The translations under genes and the position numbers were made by a program. The notes beneath the pieces are model-generated. The model saw only the letters and a list, made by a program, of their open reading frames with translations, did no database searches and had not been told where the DNA came from. Shown one piece after another: positions 57,304 to 64,000 of a stretch of 64,000 bases of DNA (positions within the stretch are counted from its first letter, which is position 1; the number at the start of each line of letters is the position of its first letter). The stretch comes from Candidatus Velthaea sp. (GTDB lineage Bacteria; Vulcanimicrobiota; Vulcanimicrobiia; Vulcanimicrobiales; Vulcanimicrobiaceae): assembly GCA_965214935.1 (NCBI GenBank), contig CBDCCS010000014.1, positions 55,231 through 119,230 of the forward strand. The letters run 5' to 3'.

Positions 57304-58548
57304 CTACTTCGAGCCTTCGGTCAGGCGCTCCTCGAGGTGGGTGCAGTACCAGTCCACGAATTGCGTCACGCCGTCCTCGTGCACGGGCGAATACGGCGCG
57401 GGTTCGTACGCGGGGGAGTTCACGCCGATCTGGTTCTCCTGACAGACGCGGCGATCCTCGTCGTTGGTCGCCATCCACACCTCCGTCAGTCGCTTCAGGT
57501 CGTAATCCACGCCCTCGACGGCATCCTTGTGCACCAGCCATTTCGTGGTCAGCTGGGTGGTGGTGGGCGACAGAGGCAGCAGACGGAAGGTGGTCGCGTG
57601 ATCGGCCATCACGTGATTCCAGGTGGTCGGAAAGTGGAACAGCAGCAGCGTGCCGATGTCCGGTTCGGTGACCGTGTCGGTCAGCGGACGACTCACCGCG
57701 GCCTTGCCGTCCATGGTGTAGCAGGTGGTGCCTTCGATCAACGGATAGCGGGTGGTGCGGTACTGACCGTCAGCGGAGATCTTGAACTGGCTGGGCAGAC
57801 CGATCGATTCCCAGTGCGCCCACCTCTCGCGGATGCGCGGATTGCTGAAGCCGCCGTCGACGCCGGTGATGGTGGGGTCCTCCGGAAACGAGCGGATCAG
57901 TTCCGGGTGGTTTGCCGCACAGTGATAACACTCGCGGTTGTTCTCCCAGACGAGCTTCCAGTTGGCGTTCTCGATGATGGTGTATTCGAAGGCCACCTTG
58001 GTCTCGTGCAGCTTGTGCGGCAGGAAGTAAGGCTCGAGCTGGCGGCGCACCGGTTCGAAATCAGGGGCCGTCTTCGCAACGCACACCCAGATGTAGCCGC
58101 CCACGCTGGCGCAGTGCACCGGTTTCAAACCGTACAACGACTTGTCGAATCGATCGCCCATGTCACGCGCCGCGAGCAACCGACCGTCGAGGCTGTACGT
58201 CCACTGATGATACGGACAGACCAGGCGGGCCGCGGTGCCGTGCGCTTCGGAACAGATGCGCGAACCGCGATGCCGGCACGAATTGTGAAACGCCCGCAGG
58301 CCGCCGTCGCGGTCGCGGACGACGATGACGGGATACTCGCCGATCTGCACGGTCAGGTAGTTGCCCGGGTTCAGCACCTCGCAGTCATGGCCGACGAACA
58401 GCCAGTCCCGGTACCAGATCATCTCGAGATCGATCTGATAGTCTTCCGCACTGGTGTAGAAATCCCGCTCCAGGGCGGTTGCGCGATTGCGGCTGCGCAG
58501 CCGGCCGAGCATCTCATCGCGGGCGGTTATCACGGGGCGGGCGTTCAT
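57304..58548 (-). CDS. Rieske oxygenase alpha subunit, glycine-betaine demethylase (GbcA/Stc2)-like
   Basis: CRHRG...CPYHQW, ENNRECYHC...HPEL, VW.ATN.ED; first gene of the sox operon. Confidence 0.88.
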   Translation of the reverse strand: MNARPVITARDEMLGRLRSRNRATALERDFYTSAEDYQIDLEMIWYRDWLFVGHDCEVLNPGNYLTVQIGEYPVIVVRDRDGGLRAFHNSCRHRGSRICSEAHGTAARLVCPYHQWTYSLDGRLLAARDMGDRFDKSLYGLKPVHCASVGGYIWVCVAKTAPDFEPVRRQLEPYFLPHKLHETKVAFEYTIIENANWKLVWENNRECYHCAANHPELIRSFPEDPTITGVDGGFSNPRIRERWAHWESIGLPSQFKISADGQYRTTRYPLIEGTTCYTMDGKAAVSRPLTDTVTEPDIGTLLLFHFPTTWNHVMADHATTFRLLPLSPTTTQLTTKWLVHKDAVEGVDYDLKRLTEVWMATNDEDRRVCQENQIGVNSPAYEPAPYSPVHEDGVTQFVDWYCTHLEERLTEGSK

Positions 58549-58613
58549 GGCGTTTTCCTGGTTTTCACCTAGATTTCACAGTTTTCACGATACCAACAAT
58601 GCCGCCGCGGCCG

Positions 58614-58650
58614 TTGCTCCGAAGCGACCAGTTCGACACTATAAACGACA
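58614..58650 (-). promoter_or_regulatory. Tandem ArgR/GbdR-type box upstream of gbcA-like-soxBDAG
   Basis: Minus strand TGTCGT, then GGTCGC-N6-GCAA 21 bp later. Confidence 0.5.
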
Positions 58651-58699
58651 GTGGGGCGGGCCGGACGGGTGTTGCCGGACCCTTCGCACGCGCACGGCA

Positions 58700-60764
58700 C
58701 TGCCGACACTGGCAGCCCTGGGCTCGGCCGTCGCACTGCTCCTGGCATCGCCCTGCCGCGCCCATGTCGATCCCCGGCCGGCGCTTCGGCCCACCGCGGC
58801 CCAAACCGTGTCGGTCAAGCGGATCGGCTCGCTCGACCTGCAGGCCTGCGGCACGCGGGGCGCCTTCTGCGGACGGTTCGAGCGCCCGCTCGATCCGGCG
58901 GAGGTGCTGCCGGACCGCATCTCGATCTACTTCGAATACTATCCGCACACCGGCGCCGGTCCGGCGAAGGGGACGCTGGTGGCAACGGAGGGCGGGCCGG
59001 GCTACCCCGCCACCGGCTCGCGGGACGATTACCTGGCCTTGTTCGCGCCGCTGCGGCTGGATCGCGACGTCGTCCTCATGGACAACCGCGGCACCGGTGC
59101 GTCGGGCGCCGTCGATTGCCGCTCGCTGCAAACCGCGGAGCAATGGACCGTCGAGGCAGTCGCGGCATGCGGCGAGTCGCTCGGCGAGCGCGCCCCGCTG
59201 TACAGCACCGCGTATGCCGCCGATGACCTGGCCGCGATCCTGGAGGCGCTCGGCGTGCGCAAGATCGATCTGTACGGCGATTCCTACGGCACCTACTTCG
59301 AACAGGTGTTCGCTATCCGTCATCCGGCCGCGCTGCGCTCCATTGTCCTCGACGGCGCCTATCCGCTCCGCGGGGACGATTACGCCTGGTATCCGAGCTA
59401 CGCACCGGCGATGCGGGCCAAGTTCAATCTCGCCTGCGCGCGCTTCCCGGCGTGTGCGGCGCTGTCGGGCACCTCGATCGAGCACATACTGCCGGCCTTG
59501 GAGCAGCTGCGGGCGCACCCGTTTGCGGCCCGGGCGTCCGACAGCGACGGCCGCGAGCGGCGCATCGAGGCGGACGCCGCACAGCTCGCCATCGAGATGT
59601 ACGGCAGCGCACCGGCCTCGACCAGCGTGCGCGAGACCGATGCGGCGGCACGTGCCTTCACGGCCGGCGACAGCGCACCGCTGCTGCGGCTGATGGCCGA
59701 GACCGCGTCCGCGGTGGATTCGCGCGATCCCACCGCCGACGCGACGCGCTGGAGCGCCGGTTTGGCGGCCGCCGTCATGTGCCAGGATCCGCCGCAGATC
59801 TTCGACATGCGGCTGCCGCCGCCGGAGCGTGCCGCCGAACGCGATCGTCTGCTGGCGGAGCGGCGTCGCAGCGCGCCGGACACCTATGCACCCTTCACCA
59901 TCGATGAGTACCGGGCCATGCCGCTCGACTACAGTTTCCTCGACCAGTGCGTCGCCTGGCCGGTTTCGCCGCCGGGCCGCCCCGCCGCGCAGATCGGCGT
60001 CGACGCTTCCTATCCGGACGTTCCGGCGTTGATCATGTCCGGCGAGTTCGACAACATCACGACGCCGGCGGACGGCGCCGCGGTGGCCGCCGCCTTCAGG
60101 CAGGGCGTCCAGGTGCTGATCGCCAACAGCTTTCACGTCAACGCCCTGCCCCGCGCCCGCGCGGCCTGTGGCGCACGGATCGCGCGGCGGTTTCTCCAGA
60201 CTTTGCAACCCGGCGATACCGCCTGCGCCGCAGGCGTGCCGCCCGTCCGTCTGGTGCCACGCTTCGCGCGCGCAGCCGCGCAGGTCGATGCCGCCGTGGC
60301 GCTGCCGGGCAATCAGGCGGATGACTCGCGCTTGCGGATCGCCGCCGCCACCGTGCTTACGGTCGGCGACATCGTCGCGCGCATCCCCGCCAATGCCTCG
60401 GGCCGCGGCGTCGGGTTGCGCGGCGGGACGTTCGCACTGACGCGCGGAGCATCCGAAATGACGCTGACGCTCGACGGCGTGAAATGGGTGGACGATGTGG
60501 CGGTGAGCGGCAGCGTGACGCGCGGCGAACCCACCCACGACGCGGCGGCACCCGGCGCATCTCTCCGCGCGCGGCCGCGCCGCGCCGCGCGGCCTGCCGC
60601 GGAGCCGCCGCTGTGGGTGACGGCGAACGTGCAGGTCACGCAGCCGGACGGCACCTCGGGGCGGCTCTCGCCTGCGCTGGCGCGAGGAGATCCCCGACGC
60701 GCAGGCACGCATCGCCGGCACCATCGCCGGACGCCGGGTGACCGCCAGTGTCGCGGCGCCCTGA
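58700..60764 (+). pseudogene. Exported alpha/beta hydrolase (TAP-like) with an apparent +1 frameshift near 60671; start uncertain
   Basis: GGPG, DNRGTG, GDSYG nucleophile, EFDNIT, FHV; a natural-looking C-terminus LRWREE...VTASVAAP* lies in another frame and ends at 60764. Confidence 0.7.
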
Positions 60765-60812
60765 GGCGGGGCGCACTATCCATCTGGCGGCCGCGATGCG
60801 TATCATGGCGCG

Positions 60813-61682
60813 ATGGAATTCAACACCTCGCACACTTACATCCTCACGGCCACCTGCACCAGCCGGATGGGCACCACCGCCGCCGTCACCGGCTTCCTCG
60901 CCGCGCATCGCCTGTACATCATGGAGATGCAGCAATTCGACGACGTGCTGACGAAGCGCTTCTTTGTGCGCGTCACGTTTTGCGGTGTCGCGGGCGAAAC
61001 CACGGATCTCGAACGCCTGCGCGCCGATTTTCTCGGCATCGCGACCGCCGAGGAGATGCAATGGGCGATCCACGACGGCAGGCAGCGCATGCGGGTGCTC
61101 ATCATGGTCTCGAAGCTCGATCACTGCCTCGAGGATCTCCTGTATCGCCATCGGACCGGGGAACTGGCGATGGACATCGCGGGCATCGTGTCGAATCACG
61201 AGGTCATGCGCGGCGTCGCCGAGCGTGCCGGAATTCCCTATGTCTGGCTGCCGGTGACGGCGGCCACCAAGGCGGCGCAGGAGGCGCGGCTTCTTGAACT
61301 GATCGACTCGACGCGGACCGATCTAATCGTGCTCGCGCGCTACATGCAGATCTTCTCGGATGACGTGTGCCGGCGGCTCAGCGGCCGCGCGGTCAACATT
61401 CATCATTCATTCCTGCCGGGATTCAAGGGGGCCAAGCCCTACCACCAGGCGCATACCCGCGGCGTGAAGCTGATCGGCGCCACGGCGCACTACGTCACCG
61501 GCGACCTGGACGAGGGTCCGATCATCGAGCAGATCGTCGAACGCGTGGATCACAGCCATACGCCGGAGATGCTGACGGCGGCGGGCCGCGACTCCGAGCG
61601 GCGCGCGCTGTCCACCGCGGTGCGGCTGCTGTTGGAACACCGTGTGTTCCTCGACGAGCACAAGACGGTGGTGTTCAAATAG
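60813..61682 (+). CDS. purU: Formyltetrahydrofolate deformylase
   Basis: ACT domain, VSK.DHCL.DLLYR, LARYMQI, NIHHSFLPGFKGAKPY, LDEGPIIEQ. Confidence 0.95.
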   Translation: MEFNTSHTYILTATCTSRMGTTAAVTGFLAAHRLYIMEMQQFDDVLTKRFFVRVTFCGVAGETTDLERLRADFLGIATAEEMQWAIHDGRQRMRVLIMVSKLDHCLEDLLYRHRTGELAMDIAGIVSNHEVMRGVAERAGIPYVWLPVTAATKAAQEARLLELIDSTRTDLIVLARYMQIFSDDVCRRLSGRAVNIHHSFLPGFKGAKPYHQAHTRGVKLIGATAHYVTGDLDEGPIIEQIVERVDHSHTPEMLTAAGRDSERRALSTAVRLLLEHRVFLDEHKTVVFK

Positions 61683-62682
61683 CGTCCGCGACGACCGCGC
61701 TGATCTTGCGCTCCGCGCTGGGTGGATGGCCGAACTGGTTGCGATAACACTTCGAGAAGTGCGGCGGCGATTGAAAACCGCAGGCGGCGGTGATGTCCAT
61801 GATGGGCATGGCGGTCTGCAGCAGCAGCTCCCGCGCCCGCTTCAGCCGCATTTCCAGATAATAGCGTTTCGGCACGCAGTTCAAATCGCGCTTGAACAGC
61901 CGTTCGATCTGCCGGCGCGACAGTCCCGTCGCCTTCGCTATCTTCTCGAGCGACAGCGGCTTTTCGATGTTCTCCTCCATCAGCTGCGCGACGCGGATCA
62001 AACCGCGATGCGAGACGCCGATCTGCGCCCGCAGCGGGATGTATTGGCGGTCGGTGTCCTTGCGCACCCGGTCGACCACGAACTGTTCCGACACGCGCTG
62101 GGAGATCCGCGGCCCGAGCCGGGTCTGGATCAGATTCAGCATCAAATCGAGCGGTGCCGTCCCACCCGAGCAGGTGAAGCGGTCGCGGTCGATGGTGAAC
62201 AGCTGGTCGCTGATGCGCACCCGCGGAAACTCCTCGCGCAGCGCCGAGAGATTCTCCCAGTGGATGGTGGCCCGGCAGTTGTCGAGCAGACCGGCGCGCG
62301 CCAGCGCATAACCGCCCGTGCACAACGCGCCGAGCGGCACCCGCCGGTCCGCGAGCCGCCGCAGCGCGGCCAGCAGCGCCGGCGACACCGCCTCACGCAC
62401 GTTGATGCCGCCGCAGACGAACAGGATGTCGACCGCCCCGAGCTGCTCGAGCGCCCCGGTGGGCGACAGGCTCAAACCGCTGCTGGCATCCGTCGAACTG
62501 CCGTCCATGCTGATGACCGACCATTGATAGATCTCCCGGCCGACCAGGCGATTCGCCATGCGCAACGGTTCGAGCGCATTGGCGACGGCGATCAACGAGT
62601 AATTCGGCAACGTGAGGAACGCATACTTGCACTTGCGCAGCACGGGCGATTCCAAGAGAAGTCTCCGAAATGAGGCGGTCAT
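61675..62682 (-). CDS. GlxA/GbdR-type AraC regulator with glutamine-amidotransferase-like sensor domain
   Basis: EPLRMANRL, CTGGYALARAGLL, TIHWEN, LSRRQIERLF, ACGFQSPPHFSKCYR. Confidence 0.93.
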   Translation of the reverse strand: MTASFRRLLLESPVLRKCKYAFLTLPNYSLIAVANALEPLRMANRLVGREIYQWSVISMDGSSTDASSGLSLSPTGALEQLGAVDILFVCGGINVREAVSPALLAALRRLADRRVPLGALCTGGYALARAGLLDNCRATIHWENLSALREEFPRVRISDQLFTIDRDRFTCSGGTAPLDLMLNLIQTRLGPRISQRVSEQFVVDRVRKDTDRQYIPLRAQIGVSHRGLIRVAQLMEENIEKPLSLEKIAKATGLSRRQIERLFKRDLNCVPKRYYLEMRLKRARELLLQTAMPIMDITAACGFQSPPHFSKCYRNQFGHPPSAERKISAVVADAI

Positions 62683-62699
62683 CGATCCGACCGTGCATT

Positions 62700-62747
62700 A
62701 TGCCATTCGTCGGGGGAAAAATGCCTGTTTCCGACATATCCATGTCG
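62700..62747. promoter_or_regulatory. ArgR/GbdR-type boxes and CGACAT-N4-ATGTCG palindrome in the regulator/dehydrogenase divergent region
   Basis: Minus strand TGTCGG-N6-GCAT (62736-62721) with a second GCAT 21 bp further on; plus strand TGTCGT at 62743. Confidence 0.5.
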
Positions 62748-62902
62748 TATTCCGAACAGGCTTGCCGCAGCGGCATGCCACGCTATCCGTCAGGCGGGGC
62801 CACGCCTGGCGCATTTCAGTCACGGATCGTCGCAATTAGCGCATTGTTTCCGTGCCCACTGGATACACTGCGTTGCGCATTTGCGCTGGGAGATCCAAGA
62901 CC

Positions 62903-64000
62903 ATGAAGACTCATGCCCGCGTCGTTGTCATCGGCGGCGGCGTGGTTGGCGTCAGTACGCTCTATCACCTCGCCCTGAAGGGTTGGTCGGACGTCGTGCT
63001 GCTGGAACGCGCCGAACTGACCGCCGGATCGACGTGGCATGCCGCCGGGCTCCTGCCCTTGTTCAACATGAGCTACACGGTCGGCCAGCTCCACAAGTAC
63101 TCCGTCGACCTGTACAAGCGCCTGCCCGCGGAGACCGGACAGGACGTGAGCTTCCACGTCACAGGCAACCTGCGGCTGGCGACCAATCGCGACCGCATGG
63201 ACGAATATCAAAAGTACTGCGGCACGGCGAACACCATCGGCGTGCCCTTCCAGGTCATCGGACCACGGGAGGTGCGCGAGCTGTGGCCGCTGGCCGAACT
63301 CGGCGACGGCCGCGACGCCACGAAGATCGTCGGCGCGCTCTATCATCCGGATGACGGCCACATCGCACCGGCGGATCTGACCATGGCGCTGCGCAAGGGC
63401 GCGCGTTCCCGCGGCGCCGAAATCCACGAGCAGACCGAGGTCACCGCGGTGAAGCGCACGCCCTCGGGCGAGTGGCATCTGACCACCAACAAGGGCGACA
63501 TCGTCGCGGAGCACGTGGTGTGCGCGACCGGCAACTACGCGCGGCAGACCGGCCGGATGTTCGGCATCAACGTGCCGTCCATCCCGGTCGAGCACCAGTA
63601 CATCGTGTACGACGAGTCGCCCGAACTGAAGGCTTACCGGCAGGGCGGCGGCCGCGAACTCGCCGTGCTGCGGGAGTCGGACGAATCGTATTACCTGCGC
63701 GAAGAGCGCATGGGCTGGATCCTCGGCCCCTATGAGGCCGGCGCACCGGCACGCTTTGCCGACGGCGTGCCGGAGTGGTTTGGCAAGAATCTGTTCGAGG
63801 GCGATCTGGAGCGCCTGCTGCCGCATATCGAAGCCGCGCAGCGGCGCGTGCCGTCGCTCGCGAACTGCGGCATCAAGGACATCGTCAACGGGCCCATCGC
63901 CTACACGCCGGATGGCACGCCCCTGGTCGGACCCGCCTGGGGCGTGCAGAACCTGTGGCTCAACGAAGGGCACAGTTTCGGCATCACCGCGGCCGGCGGT
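62903..64000 (+). CDS. Second GcvT-family FAD-dependent dehydrogenase (dimethylglycine dehydrogenase family), truncated by the window end
   Basis: Not in the ORF track; read manually: MKTHARVVVIGGGVVGVSTLYHL, ELTAGSTWHAAGLLPLFNM, NGPIAYTPDG; GGAG RBS. Confidence 0.9.
   Translation, partial: MKTHARVVVIGGGVVGVSTLYHLALKGWSDVVLLERAELTAGSTWHAAGLLPLFNMSYTVGQLHKYSVDLYKRLPAETGQDVSFHVTGNLRLATNRDRMDEYQKYCGTANTIGVPFQVIGPREVRELWPLAELGDGRDATKIVGALYHPDDGHIAPADLTMALRKGARSRGAEIHEQTEVTAVKRTPSGEWHLTTNKGDIVAEHVVCATGNYARQTGRMFGINVPSIPVEHQYIVYDESPELKAYRQGGGRELAVLRESDESYYLREERMGWILGPYEAGAPARFADGVPEWFGKNLFEGDLERLLPHIEAAQRRVPSLANCGIKDIVNGPIAYTPDGTPLVGPAWGVQNLWLNEGHSFGITAAGG

Noticed and set aside
60765..61297. Hydrolase tail overlapping purU as a genuine overlapping gene
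   Set aside because: Low-complexity Arg-rich sequence produced by the frameshift near 60671.
144..63973. Numerous other long ORFs in the track (e.g. 144-1418, 36094-37755, 42872-45106, 55915-58572, 62816-63973)
   Set aside because: Antisense or alternate-frame shadows of well-supported genes.
1..64000. CRISPR array, tRNA/rRNA genes, transposase or integrase
   Set aside because: No spaced repeats, cloverleaf or rRNA-like tracts, or recombinase motifs were seen by eye; intergenic gaps are short. The Fe-S nuclease at 18-1544 is Cas4-like in fold but has no cas context.

Overview
The window reads as two unrelated segments joined mid-gene at about 30,936. The left segment (1-30.9 kb) is housekeeping DNA with Terrabacteria-like markers; Ca. 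Eremiobacterota is my tentative guess. It carries an AddAB/AdnAB-like nuclease-helicase pair, a TPR-LuxR regulator, DUF1800/DUF1501, a NUDIX-scpA-scpB-RecG-like-MTase-nfo-dinB run, gcvT-H-PA-PB, speD-speE, sufB, rplU-prp and a lytic transglycosylase. The right segment (30.9-64 kb) looks gammaproteobacterial and is a betaine/methylamine catabolic region: two GcvT-domain dehydrogenases, gbcA-like-soxBDAG, purU, a GbdR/GlxA-type AraC regulator, a GMC/enolase/dehydrogenase module, and a TonB receptor-sulfotransferase-TonB receptor-lyase-SBP-desaturase-tauD run. At the junction a Rieske oxygenase N-terminus is fused in frame to a TatB-like C-terminus, most likely an assembly chimera. Best candidates for new biology: (1) an unannotated 22-aa amphipathic peptide with a perfect Shine-Dalgarno directly upstream of the TPR-LuxR regulator (possible peptide signalling pair); (2) a secreted MIO-less HAL-fold lyase in an uptake locus that shares ArgR/GbdR-type tandem boxes with the betaine genes; (3) a roughly 220-nt structured leader on speD-speE (riboswitch candidate). 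No rRNA, tRNA, CRISPR array or transposase was recognised. All calls come from motif reading by eye, not database searches.
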